From positions 1,435-65,434 of the forward strand of contig JBOEHD010000040.1 of the NCBI GenBank assembly GCA_050633745.1: DNA of 64,000 nucleotides, in the 5' to 3' direction. Within the stretch, counting starts at the first letter, position 1. Each line of letters begins with the position of its first letter. Shown here piece by piece: positions 53,234-62,692 of this stretch. The notes under the pieces were generated by a model that was given only the letters and a program-made list of their open reading frames with translations, ran no database searches and had not been told where the DNA came from. Origin of the DNA: Acidimicrobiales bacterium. GTDB taxonomy: Bacteria > Actinomycetota > Acidimicrobiia > Acidimicrobiales > SZUA-35. The position numbers were made by a program, and so were the translations under genes.

Positions 53234-54382
53234 CTACCGGTCGTACTTGACGACCTGGCCGATCTTGCCGGGGGCGGCAGTGAAGGTGGATACGTACAGG
53301 TCGCCAGAGCGATCGACGGCGAGTCCACCGGGGGTGACCAGATCGCCGGGCTGGTCGACCCGGGTGCGCTCCGCGGTGTCAGCGTCGAATGCGTACACCG
53401 CTCCGGTCACAAATTCAGCGGCGTAAACAACGTTGGCCTGCCGATCGAAGGCCACATCGATCGCCGTTGTCAGTCCGTCGGCGAACTCGACGATGTCGCC
53501 GGTTCTAGCGTTGAAGGCAAAGATCTTGCCGTTGCCGGGCTGGAAGCCAATCACTGGAGGTGAGACGCTGAAGTCGGCCACGACGCCCGAGAGCGTGCTG
53601 ATGTAGAACGTGTCACCGAGACCACGAACCACCCCGGTCGGCACTGAATCGAGGTCTTCGTCACCAAAGCAGTTGCCCGGTCCGCCGGGGCACGGGGCCT
53701 GCGGCACCTCGACGGTGCGGATGAGGCGGCCGGTGTTGCTGATGACGTGGACGGAGTTCCCACCACCATCGACGACGACATAGTTGCGGCCGTAGGCCGC
53801 GATGTCGGTCGGGTTGGAGTCGTAGCCCTCACCGTCGAGGTCGTTGCTGGCCTCGAAACCTGCGATGTCAGCGATAGTGGCCTGCACGGTGCCGTTCTTC
53901 CGGGTCCTGAGGGTCCGGCCGTAGATGTCGGACCCAATCGTCAGGTCGGTGCTTGGGTTGATGCTTGCTGTCGAACCCATCTGGATCACGATGGAATCTC
54001 GACCCTTGGGAACCAAGCCTGTCGGCCCTCCGGCCTGGGCTCCACCGTCGCATTGGGCGCTCGATGGCAATCCGGTCACCACCCGGCGCTGACGGCCTTG
54101 CTTGTCGACGCGGGTAACGGCGCCGGTAAGGCCGGTGCAGTGCGGGGCGCCAGCGTAGAAACCGACCTCTTCAAGGTCGCCACCACTACCGGCCTCGCCG
54201 ATGAACAGGTCGCCTCGTCCATTGAAAGCTAACTGGCGAGGCTGGTCGAGGCCGGTGGCCACAACGGTCGGCCCTTCGTGCCCATCATGTTCCTCAGCGG
54301 CCACTGCCTGGGCACTGAACACCATCAGCGTTAGTGCAATCAGGACAGCGCCGATCCGACGGGCTGTGGTTAGTGCGATCAT
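53234..54382 (-). CDS. Secreted beta-propeller protein (NHL/SMP-30-like, ScyD/ScyE-like)
   Basis: A signal peptide is present (MIALTTARRIGAVLIALTLMVFSAQAVA). Repeated short beta-strand/Gly-Asp blocks are seen (GDLFIGEAG, NYVVVDGGGNSVHV, GDTFYISTLSG, ANVVYAAEF, GDLYVSTF). Confidence 0.65.
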   Translation of the reverse strand: MIALTTARRIGAVLIALTLMVFSAQAVAAEEHDGHEGPTVVATGLDQPRQLAFNGRGDLFIGEAGSGGDLEEVGFYAGAPHCTGLTGAVTRVDKQGRQRRVVTGLPSSAQCDGGAQAGGPTGLVPKGRDSIVIQMGSTASINPSTDLTIGSDIYGRTLRTRKNGTVQATIADIAGFEASNDLDGEGYDSNPTDIAAYGRNYVVVDGGGNSVHVISNTGRLIRTVEVPQAPCPGGPGNCFGDEDLDSVPTGVVRGLGDTFYISTLSGVVADFSVSPPVIGFQPGNGKIFAFNARTGDIVEFADGLTTAIDVAFDRQANVVYAAEFVTGAVYAFDADTAERTRVDQPGDLVTPGGLAVDRSGDLYVSTFTAAPGKIGQVVKYDR

Positions 54383-54557
54383 TCTCTTTCTCCCTCAATC
54401 AGGCGTATAGCGACGACATGCTTGACGCATGACCCCAGATACCCCTGAGGTTTAGTCGCTTATTTTACGACCGTCAAGGAACTAGACCAGTTGGGCGGGG
54501 CTGCACCGGCGCTAGCAGATCTTTAGATCGGCCGAAGAGTGGTCTAGATTGCCTGGG

Positions 54558-54692
54558 ATGAATCAACAAGTAGAGCCAACTGCTGAACAGGGCGCTGAGC
54601 AACGATCAGCCGGTCGAGATGGCCTCGCGGCGGTGGCCATCATTCTCATAACTGTTGGGCTCATTGCCTTCGTCGTCAGCTCGCTCGTCTGA
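54558..54692 (+). CDS. Possible 44-aa single-TM peptide upstream of the kinase-like gene
   Basis: Hand translation gives MNQQVEPTAEQGAEQRSAGRDGLAAVAIILITVGLIAFVVSSLV. The stop lies 7 nt before ATG 54700. It is below the ORF-track length cut-off. Confidence 0.3.
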   Translation: MNQQVEPTAEQGAEQRSAGRDGLAAVAIILITVGLIAFVVSSLV

Positions 54693-54699
54693 GGCTCCG

Positions 54700-55728
54700 A
54701 TGAGCGACGATGGCCGAGATCTCGACTCGGCTTCGATTCCCGACATTCAGGTGCTGCTTGAGCGGTTCGTGGTCGACCAACTCGGCCCTGATTCCCAAGT
54801 ACGGGTCGAGCGGTTCGAGCGGGTGGCGACCGGCCGGTCCCGTGAAAACTGGCTGTTCGACCTCCACCACGTCATCGACGGCGATGCGGTTACCGAGTCG
54901 CTCATCGTCCGCCGCGACCCAGAGGGCGGGTTACTTGAGACCGCTCGAGCCGATGAGTTCGCAGTACTTCAGGCCCTGGAGTCGTCGAGCGTGCCATCGC
55001 CTGCGGTGCGATGGCTGGACGCCGACGGGTCCAGGCTCGGTAAGCCATCGCTCATCATGACCCGCCTGTCGGGAGTCTGCGACTACTACTTGGTCAATGG
55101 CGATCGCCCGCTCCCTGCTCGCCGACGCTTGACCGAACTGTTCTGTGATCTGCTGGCTGGCGTCCACCAGGCCGATTGGCAAGCGACCAACATGGCCAGC
55201 TTCCTCCACGACCCCGGCCCCGATGCCGCACGCCATGAGTTTCAGCAGTGGCAATCGATTGTGACTCGAGACACCGTTGAGCCCTACCCCGAGCTGACAG
55301 TTGCTGCCAAGTGGTTGGAACGCCACGCCCCGACCTCGCCGGGAACCGTGCTTGTCCATGGTGACTTCAAACCGGGCAACATCCTGCTCGATGATGAAGA
55401 CAACATCACCGCTCTCCTCGATTGGGAACTGGCCCATCTCGGTGACCCCCACGAAGATCTCGGATGGGTCACCCAGCCGCTACGAACCGGCGAGCATCTG
55501 ATTCCCGGGACCTGGGAGGCCGAGGACCTGTTCGCCCGCTATGAGCAGGTCACCGGCACCGAGGTCGACCGCCACGCCGTGGCGTGGTGGAACATCTTCT
55601 CCTCATATAAGACCGCGGCGATGCAGATAACCGGCCAGCGGTCGTTCGTCGAAGGTCGCATCGATGAGCCGTACCAACCATCCGGAGCGGTGCTGCGACA
55701 ACTGCTGGACTCGGTGCTGATCCCGTGA
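54700..55728 (+). CDS. Phosphotransferase enzyme family protein (APH/choline-kinase-like)
   Basis: The catalytic loop VLVHGDFKPGNILLDD and LLDWELAHLGDPHEDLG (Brenner and DxD-type motifs) are present. ATG 54700 is preferred over 54655. Confidence 0.85.
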   Translation: MSDDGRDLDSASIPDIQVLLERFVVDQLGPDSQVRVERFERVATGRSRENWLFDLHHVIDGDAVTESLIVRRDPEGGLLETARADEFAVLQALESSSVPSPAVRWLDADGSRLGKPSLIMTRLSGVCDYYLVNGDRPLPARRRLTELFCDLLAGVHQADWQATNMASFLHDPGPDAARHEFQQWQSIVTRDTVEPYPELTVAAKWLERHAPTSPGTVLVHGDFKPGNILLDDEDNITALLDWELAHLGDPHEDLGWVTQPLRTGEHLIPGTWEAEDLFARYEQVTGTEVDRHAVAWWNIFSSYKTAAMQITGQRSFVEGRIDEPYQPSGAVLRQLLDSVLIP

Positions 55729-56192
55729 GACCAACCATCGATGAGCAACTGGCCGGAGTCGACCGACTACTGGACCTGGTAGCCGCAGACCCAAGGCTAG
55801 GTGATGAGTCATCGCTGCTACTGCGCGATGCCCGCAGGCAACTAGGAAGGCTACGCGGCTCGATGCCCATCCGTCTTCGCTTCATCCGGTGGGACAATGC
55901 TGCAACAGTCGCACTGCTCACAGAGGTGGCACCGGTCTTGCCGAGCGAGTTGCAGTCGACAATCGGGCGTTTTGCCGATGCTTCAGCTGGGCATGCGAGC
56001 GACACGCCAGAAGCTACCGAAGCGGAGCTGAACGATCGGCTGCGAACACTTCTGAGCGAGGCGATCGACGTGCTCCCCGACAGCGCGGCCGGCGAAGCCG
56101 CTCGCCAGCGAATCATCACTCACCTACGGACCAGAGTCGATGCCCATCCGGCCTTGAACAAGACCCCGATATTCCCACAGGAGCAATCTTGA
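55725..56192 (+). CDS. Hypothetical helical protein (155 aa)
   Basis: GTG start overlaps the upstream stop (GTGA). The protein is predicted to be all-helical and acidic. No family was recognised. Confidence 0.55.
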   Translation: MRPTIDEQLAGVDRLLDLVAADPRLGDESSLLLRDARRQLGRLRGSMPIRLRFIRWDNAATVALLTEVAPVLPSELQSTIGRFADASAGHASDTPEATEAELNDRLRTLLSEAIDVLPDSAAGEAARQRIITHLRTRVDAHPALNKTPIFPQEQS

Positions 56193-57361
56193 GCCAGCCA
56201 GGTAACGACGAGCCCGTGATCCCCGATCTTCGGGTTAGCGATGAGCACTTCGCGGAGCAGTTCCCTCTTTCACCCCTCGACGACTACATGATTCACCAGA
56301 CTCCGGACCCGATCCGGGTCATGTGGACCGGTGACCCTCGGACCTACGAGCGGTACTGGATGCTGTGTCACGATCCGAGCGGCGAGACGCTGGTGGCGGT
56401 TGGGGGCAGTTTCTACCCCAACCTCGACAAGGCTGAGGCTTACGCCATCGTGAATCACAAAGGCCAGCACACAACGGTTCGGGGCTTCCGCCGGCTCGGC
56501 ATCGACCGAACCGATATGGGCATCGGACCTATCCAACCCCGGATCGTGCAGGGTATGCGGTGGTGGCGTTTCGAGCTTGAGCCGAACGAGTGGGGCATCA
56601 GCTATCAACTCGATTTCAAAGACACGACCCGTCAAACCTTTCGGGAGCCGCTGTCCAATTCGGCGACCGGCACGCCGCCTGGCCGTCGTGGAGATGTCAC
56701 CACCGGGTTTGAGAGTTTTGGCGAGGTGGAGGGTTGGGTCGAGGTTAACGGAACCAAGATTGAGTTTCCCGCAGGATGCTTCGGGACTCGTGACCGCCAC
56801 TGGGGTGTCGGCCGAGGGGTCGGCGGCCCGCCGATGTCCCTCGGTGGGCGACTCCATGTTGGCACCTCAGGCAACGGGTTCGCCGCGTTCCCAAGCTGGA
56901 CACTGTGGGGCGACCGGGTCTTTTACCCTTTCGGCGATGAACGCAAAGGGTCGGGCAAGGTCAACAAACCGAGTCGTCGGCTGCGGTTCGAGCCGGAGAC
57001 CAACATCTTCGTTGAGGGCATCGTCGACTATCCGCTCGACACCGGCGAGGTAAAGCAGGTCCACTACGAACGCATCGGCAACCAGACCGCCTATTTGCGC
57101 TGCGGCATGTACGGCGGTACGCCCGATCGGGAGATCCATCAGGGTGGTTACGAAGGTCCTGATCTGGTCGAAGGTGAAACCTACGACGTCAACCAACCCG
57201 AGGTGAGAGCTCGCCTGGCTGGGCTCGACGAACACCTGTGCAAGGTCACGTGCGACGGAGAAGTCGCTACCGGTTTCTACCAGCCGATCGATCCTGTGGC
57301 ATACGAAGCCTGCGCCGCTGGCCGGCCGGGCTGGAGCTTCTTGGAGACCCAAGGTCAATGA
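56189..57361 (+). CDS. Hypothetical protein, possibly CrtC/AttH-like beta-barrel (DUF7064/7065-like)
   Basis: TTG 56189 follows AGGAG and overlaps the upstream stop (TTGA). The motif GTRDRHWGVGRG resembles the RDRSWG motif of AttH/CrtC-like proteins. The ORF-track extension to 55889 was rejected. Confidence 0.6.
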   Translation: MSQPGNDEPVIPDLRVSDEHFAEQFPLSPLDDYMIHQTPDPIRVMWTGDPRTYERYWMLCHDPSGETLVAVGGSFYPNLDKAEAYAIVNHKGQHTTVRGFRRLGIDRTDMGIGPIQPRIVQGMRWWRFELEPNEWGISYQLDFKDTTRQTFREPLSNSATGTPPGRRGDVTTGFESFGEVEGWVEVNGTKIEFPAGCFGTRDRHWGVGRGVGGPPMSLGGRLHVGTSGNGFAAFPSWTLWGDRVFYPFGDERKGSGKVNKPSRRLRFEPETNIFVEGIVDYPLDTGEVKQVHYERIGNQTAYLRCGMYGGTPDREIHQGGYEGPDLVEGETYDVNQPEVRARLAGLDEHLCKVTCDGEVATGFYQPIDPVAYEACAAGRPGWSFLETQGQ

Positions 57362-58938
57362 GCCTAGCCCCACTCCCGGCGACCGTTGCCGACATCGTGC
57401 GGCGTTTCGGCAAGGAACGGGCAGACTCCCCTGCCCTTACCTTCGTCGACGGAGATAAAGCCACCAGCCAGTCGTATGCCGAACTCGATCGGCGAAGCTC
57501 GCAGACCGCAAATGCCCTCATCGACGCTGGCGTCACCAACGGCGAACGGGTGGCCATCCTCGCCCAGAACAGCCCACTGTTCTTCGAGCTTGGTTTCGCC
57601 GTCAGCAAGATCGGTGCCGCCCTGGTCGGGCTGAACTGGAGATTGGCCTCGCCTGAGATCGAAACAATAGTCGCCGACGCCCAGCCCACGGTGCTGCTCG
57701 TCGACCCCGAGCTCGATCACCTGGTCACCGACGGGGTCAGAGCCACCGCCGGTCTCACGATTCACGGTATTGGCCGCTGGGATCAGCTGGTCGACGCGGC
57801 ACACGATGAAGACCCACAGCTTGCCGTCGACCCTGACGACACGGTGTTCATTCTCTACACATCGGGTACCACCGGCCTGCCAAAGGGCGCTCAGTTAACC
57901 AACCGCAATATGGTCCACAGCACCTGGATCGCTGGGGTTCCCTACGAGATGACCCAAGACAGCATCAACCTGGTCTCGATGCCGCTGTTCCATGTTGGCG
58001 GCATGGGCTACGGCCTGTCGGCGTTCTGCCACGGGGGTCATACGGTGCTGCGCCGTGACGCCGATCCGGCGGCCATCGTCGACAACCTTGCCACGCATGG
58101 CGTGACGCATACCTTCCTCGTGCCAGCGGTCGTGCAGATGTTGCTCGACGTGCCAGGGATCGGGGACGCCGACCTTGGACACCTGCAGCTGCTGGTCTAC
58201 GGAGCAGCGCCGATCGGTGAGGCGGTACTGCGGCGGGCCATCGAGGTACTGGGATGCGGATTCATGCAGGCCTACGGGATGACCGAGACCGCTGGAACCG
58301 TCGTGACCCTGCCGCCAGAAGCGCACGATCCTGATGGCCCTCAGGCCGGGTTGCTGCGATCCTGCGGCAAGCCGCTCCCCTGGGTAGAACTCCGCCTCGT
58401 CGATCCGGCGAGTATCGCTGCTGGTGAACCGGCGGACGTCGCCGTTGGCGAGGTCGGCGAGATATGGACCCGCTCAGCCCAGAACACCCCCGGCTACCGA
58501 AACCGACCGGAGGCGACGGCGGAGGCGATCACCAGCGATGGCTGGCTAAGAACCGGCGATGCGGCCTATGCCGATGCCGAGGGCTACCTGTTTCTGTTCG
58601 ATCGGTTCAAGGACATGATCGTCTCAGGAGGCGAGAACGTGTATCCGGCCGAAGTTGAGAACGTCATCTATGAACTTCCCGGGGTCTCCGAGGTGGCGGT
58701 GATCGGCGTGCCAGACGAACGGTGGGGCGAGACGGTGAAGGCCATCGTGGTAGCCAAGCCGGATGAAACCGTTGAGTTCGACCAGTTGGTTGAGCTGTGT
58801 CGGAGCCGGCTGGCCCGCTTTAAATGCCCGACCTCGATGGATGTAGTTGATGCTCTACCGCGTAATGCCTCGGGCAAAGTTCTCAAGACCACGCTGCGGG
58901 CGCCATTCTGGCAAGGTCACGATCGAAGAATCTCCTAA
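57358..58938 (+). CDS. Acyl-CoA synthetase (AMP-forming, long-chain-fatty-acid-CoA ligase-like)
   Basis: ILYTSGTTGLPKGA (A3), YGMTETAG (A5), TGDAAYADAEGYLFLFDRFKDMIVSGGENVYP (A8) and a C-terminal SGKVLK (A10) are present. The ATG overlaps the upstream stop (ATGA). Confidence 0.9.
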   Translation: MSLAPLPATVADIVRRFGKERADSPALTFVDGDKATSQSYAELDRRSSQTANALIDAGVTNGERVAILAQNSPLFFELGFAVSKIGAALVGLNWRLASPEIETIVADAQPTVLLVDPELDHLVTDGVRATAGLTIHGIGRWDQLVDAAHDEDPQLAVDPDDTVFILYTSGTTGLPKGAQLTNRNMVHSTWIAGVPYEMTQDSINLVSMPLFHVGGMGYGLSAFCHGGHTVLRRDADPAAIVDNLATHGVTHTFLVPAVVQMLLDVPGIGDADLGHLQLLVYGAAPIGEAVLRRAIEVLGCGFMQAYGMTETAGTVVTLPPEAHDPDGPQAGLLRSCGKPLPWVELRLVDPASIAAGEPADVAVGEVGEIWTRSAQNTPGYRNRPEATAEAITSDGWLRTGDAAYADAEGYLFLFDRFKDMIVSGGENVYPAEVENVIYELPGVSEVAVIGVPDERWGETVKAIVVAKPDETVEFDQLVELCRSRLARFKCPTSMDVVDALPRNASGKVLKTTLRAPFWQGHDRRIS

Positions 58939-58961
58939 TTGCCAGACTTGAAACCATTGAC

Positions 58962-60140
58962 ATGACCACGCCACCCTCTCCAGCTCCGTCACCCCCTCCC
59001 CCACCCAGTCCGTCGGCGCCGATTTCGGTTGCGGAACGCATCACCTCGCTCGACGCAATCCGTGGTGTCGCCACCTTGGGCATCCTGCCGATGAATGCGT
59101 TGAGCTTCGGTCTTGCCGCAGCGGCCTATTTCAACGTCTCGGCCGACGGCATCGGTCAACCATTCGACTGGGTCGTTGGCGTCGCGTCGATGATCTTCGT
59201 CGACCAGAAAATGATGGCGCTGTTCTCGCTACTGTTCGGCGTTGGAGTAGTGGTCTTTGCCGATCGGGCTCAGGCTAAAGGCCGCCGGGTGGTTTGGCTC
59301 AGCCTGTGGCGGTTCGCCTTGCTCCTGCTAATCGGCCTCGCCCATTCGGCCCTGTGGGATGGAGACGTTCTGTTTCTCTATGCCATCTGCTCCCCTATCG
59401 TGCTGCTGGTTCGCAAGCTCCCGGCGAGGCTGCTGATCGTGGCCGGAGTGATGCTTGCCTTAGTCGGCAGCGCCACAGCTCCATTGTTCCAGAACACAGT
59501 TGGCCAAGGCGGAGACGGGCTCGGCGACTTCTGGCTGATCAACGCCGGCGCCATGTCGGACTCCATCCTGGGTTGGTTCTTTTTGGATGCGTTCGGTCGG
59601 GCGTTGGGTCTTATGCTTATTGGCGTCGGCCTGTTCCGACTCGACATTGTGCAGGGTCAGCGAGACGAGCAGTACTACCGCCGAATGGCCCGCTGGGGTC
59701 TTGGTATTGGGACCCTGGTCACGGCGGCAGGCCTGGTGTTCCGCCTCGCCACCGATTGGTCTCCGGACTACGCGCTTACCGGCCACATCCCCACCGGATT
59801 GGGAACTATTCCGATGGCCCTTGGATACTTGGCGCTCATCATCCTGTGGAACCGGCGCGGTGGTCGCCACACCGAGCGATTCCGCAACGTCGGTCGCATG
59901 GCGTTGAGCAACTACCTCACTCAGACGGTCCTTGGCGTCGCAATGCTCACCTGGCTCCTCGACGACTTTGAACTCACCCGATCCATGATCGCGGTCTGGA
60001 TTCTCGGAGTGTGGGCGCTGCAGTTGTGGTGGTCGACATGGTGGCTGAGCCGGTTCCGCTACGGTCCGTTCGAATGGGCCTGGCGCTGCGCCACCTACCG
60101 TTCATGGCAACCCCTCAGACGGGTAACGATCGCTGGTTAG
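58962..60140 (+). CDS. DUF418 domain-containing membrane protein (YeiB-like)
   Basis: RITSLDAIRGVATLGILPMNA is present, and the C-terminal SNYLTQTV...FRYGPFEWAWR segment is typical of DUF418. Confidence 0.8.
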   Translation: MTTPPSPAPSPPPPPSPSAPISVAERITSLDAIRGVATLGILPMNALSFGLAAAAYFNVSADGIGQPFDWVVGVASMIFVDQKMMALFSLLFGVGVVVFADRAQAKGRRVVWLSLWRFALLLLIGLAHSALWDGDVLFLYAICSPIVLLVRKLPARLLIVAGVMLALVGSATAPLFQNTVGQGGDGLGDFWLINAGAMSDSILGWFFLDAFGRALGLMLIGVGLFRLDIVQGQRDEQYYRRMARWGLGIGTLVTAAGLVFRLATDWSPDYALTGHIPTGLGTIPMALGYLALIILWNRRGGRHTERFRNVGRMALSNYLTQTVLGVAMLTWLLDDFELTRSMIAVWILGVWALQLWWSTWWLSRFRYGPFEWAWRCATYRSWQPLRRVTIAG

Positions 60141-60252
60141 CGCCGCCGCTAGACCAGCGAGAAGAACACCAGTTCGAATATCAGTACGGCGAGCAGAATC
60201 AGCAGCCAACTCATCACGATCCCGAGCATCTGGCCGAGGTGCGGAGCACCGG

Positions 60253-61311
60253 TCAGTACAGGTTGCGTTTGTAGTCGAACTTCACGGCTTGGTCGGCTAG
60301 ACCGGCCAGTGCCCGCTTGCCAAGCGAGCGGGCTGCTCTCGGGTCGGCCACCTGCGCACCAATCGTCGGCAGGTCGGACTCTGAAACGTGTGCGGTCGGG
60401 CTCCAGGCATCACTTGCGGCGAGGGCTGGTTCGAAGTCCATAGCCGCAGTTGCGACTTCTATGACTACCCCAAGTTTCGGTGTCTTGCCGTTGATCTCAG
60501 CGGCGGCACAAAGTTGGGTATCGGTAGTGATCGCCGCCTGCCCTGTGACCGCAAGCACCCTCGGGTCACCGGGAAGCATAAACAGCACCGACGCCGTTGG
60601 GTTGGCGATGATGTTGCGCAGCGAGTCAGCGATGCGATTGCCTGGCCGCTCGGGAATGAACAGCTTGCGTCGGCCCACTACCTGTACAAACCCGGGTGGG
60701 TCACCACGCGGCGATACGTCGACGTCGCCGTCGGCCAGTGAGGTGCCGAGCGTTGCGAACGGCGACGAGCCGATGAACTCGATCGCAACATCGTCAAGGT
60801 GATCCTGAGGCCCGTCGCCGACCACCGCGCCATCGATACCGGCCGTCGGTGCAACATCGCCGTCCCACAGACCGGACCGTATGAATGCCTTGGCGCAGTG
60901 AGCGTAGCTCTGGTCAGGAGTCAGCCGCAGTGTCTCGCCATCTTCGCTGACGGCCACAGCGCCATTGACTCGCAGCGTGTATTTCACCCCGGGGACCATC
61001 AGCAGCAGTCCGGCAAAACCGGCCTGAGGTCGGCCGCCGGCCAGTTCGCCACGGTGGCTTGCGGGGAGCGGAACGATTAGAACACCGCTTGAGGGATCCT
61101 GAGTCACGAAGCCAGCCTCGCCACCGACGGTGAAGGTCCTTGGCGAGTCATCTCTGGTCATCATGGCCACGACGCCAAGCCTGACCATCGCAAGATATTG
61201 GCTCGCCGAGCCCCTCAACGGTCCGGACCTAATCTTGCCTGTGACGGTGGCAGGCGGTGCCTTGATGATGTCCCTGAGTTCTTTTTCGCTACCGACCACC
61301 TGCAATGTCAT
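60253..61311 (-). CDS. Pyridoxamine 5'-phosphate oxidase-like (split-barrel FMN-binding) family protein, two-domain
   Basis: The segment FIPERPGNRIADSLRNIIANPTASVLFMLPG resembles the FMN-binding split-barrel family. An N-terminal second barrel-like half is present. Confidence 0.65.
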   Translation of the reverse strand: MTLQVVGSEKELRDIIKAPPATVTGKIRSGPLRGSASQYLAMVRLGVVAMMTRDDSPRTFTVGGEAGFVTQDPSSGVLIVPLPASHRGELAGGRPQAGFAGLLLMVPGVKYTLRVNGAVAVSEDGETLRLTPDQSYAHCAKAFIRSGLWDGDVAPTAGIDGAVVGDGPQDHLDDVAIEFIGSSPFATLGTSLADGDVDVSPRGDPPGFVQVVGRRKLFIPERPGNRIADSLRNIIANPTASVLFMLPGDPRVLAVTGQAAITTDTQLCAAAEINGKTPKLGVVIEVATAAMDFEPALAASDAWSPTAHVSESDLPTIGAQVADPRAARSLGKRALAGLADQAVKFDYKRNLY

Positions 61312-61677
61312 ACGGTCAGTCTCTCACGGCGGCGGCCGTACTCCTTGGTGGGATCAACAGGCCCGTGCCCCAGAGTCCCGAGCTTTCTTTACCCTCACGG
61401 AACTAAACGAGCGGCACCCAGGTCGGCACCGGCGTGATCGCCGGCGAAGGTGACGTCGAGGCCACGTTCGAATCCGCCACCGGTGAGTCGGTTCGCACCG
61501 GATTGGCGGTGGCGCACACGGGCCACCGTCGATGACAGCGTCTTCATGGTGGTCACCAACGACACCTTGAGCGCTGAGATCACCGCCACTGAAACCATCG
61601 ACGGCGTCGAGATCGGACTGGTTTTGGCAGAGAACATTAGCTGAGGACCATCGTCACTCAGCTTGGAATCACGTCGA

Positions 61678-62067
61678 TCAATCTGACGGTCGGTCGAGCT
61701 GATGGTCGGTTGGCTGTGGGGTGACGCTCACCACTTTGACGGCGTCGGGAGTCTCGAAGCGATGCCAGAGCCCCTGAGGGACGATGAGGAACTCCATCGG
61801 TGAGAGTTCGTAGGCGACTTCTTCGGCATCGATGAGGAGAATGAGCGTTGTGTGGCCTTGGAGAACGAGCACGATTTCGTCACCGTTTGGGTGCCGCTCC
61901 CAGGACGAACTACCTGCGTAGTGAGCGGCGAAGACTCCCCCATCCCGATACGTGGCGAGCGCAGCGTAGTAGTCGTCGCGGTCGGTGGTCGGGGTGCGGT
62001 CCGGGAGGAAGGTTAAGGAGTCCATGACACGGTCGATTGAGACTGCGGTCGGTAACGGGCTAGGCAT
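61678..62067 (-). CDS. Cupin domain protein
   Basis: Small beta-barrel pattern: WERHPNGDEIVLVLQGH...LIVPQGLWHRFE (cupin motifs 1 and 2). Confidence 0.7.
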   Translation of the reverse strand: MPSPLPTAVSIDRVMDSLTFLPDRTPTTDRDDYYAALATYRDGGVFAAHYAGSSSWERHPNGDEIVLVLQGHTTLILLIDAEEVAYELSPMEFLIVPQGLWHRFETPDAVKVVSVTPQPTDHQLDRPSD

Positions 62068-62161
62068 CTGATCCTCGGTTCATATGTATCTCGGTGATGT
62101 GCACCTGGTGACGTGCGTACCTGGTTCAAATACTTGAGCCAGGTACGCTACACTATCGGCC

Positions 62162-62671
62162 ATGCTGACCATCGTCCAGAGTCCGCCGATCGAGTTTCTC
62201 GTCGACCTGGTCAATCACTGGGCGGAAGCCGTCCACCACAAACCGGCGCCTGTCGAGGGTCGCGACTACCCGCCACCGAAGGTCTTCGCAGAGCGCTACG
62301 GCATTCGGCTCGACGAACCCATTCCAAACGTCGACCTAGTCTCGGTGGCCGACGACTACTACTCGGTGTTCACCGCTGCCCCACCAGATCGACTTGTGTG
62401 CGCCAATGACCTGCTGCCGTCAGCGAAGCTGAGCCCAGTCCTGCAAGACGTCGGCCTGGCATGGAAATCTGGTCAAGATTCTTTGGCGAGAGCGCTCGCC
62501 GCGTCGTCGTTACTGCTCTATGCCCAAAGCGATCCGTCGCTCGCCAGGTTCGGTGTCTGTACCGCTCATCGTTGCCGCGATGCCTACCTTGATGGCTCGC
62601 AGGGGCGGACCCGAAGGTTCTGCACCGAGCGCTGCCAGACGAGAGCCAAGGCGAGGCGGCGTCGCCAATAG
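62162..62671 (+). CDS. CGNR zinc-finger (ABATE domain) protein
   Basis: The C-terminus CTAHRCRDAYLDGSQGRTRRFCTERCQTRAKARRRR has the Cx2C...RRFC...C arrangement of CGNR zinc fingers. Confidence 0.75.
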   Translation: MLTIVQSPPIEFLVDLVNHWAEAVHHKPAPVEGRDYPPPKVFAERYGIRLDEPIPNVDLVSVADDYYSVFTAAPPDRLVCANDLLPSAKLSPVLQDVGLAWKSGQDSLARALAASSLLLYAQSDPSLARFGVCTAHRCRDAYLDGSQGRTRRFCTERCQTRAKARRRRQ

Positions 62672-62692
62672 GCCTGCTCGACGAAGGCCAGG

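Noticed and set aside
60149-60229. 21-26 aa hydrophobic mini-ORF (MLGIVMSWLLILLAVLIFELVFFSLV) on the minus strand between the DUF418 and PPOX-like genes
   Set aside because: It is plausible as a small membrane peptide, but too short to support from sequence alone. It needs ribosome profiling or conservation evidence.
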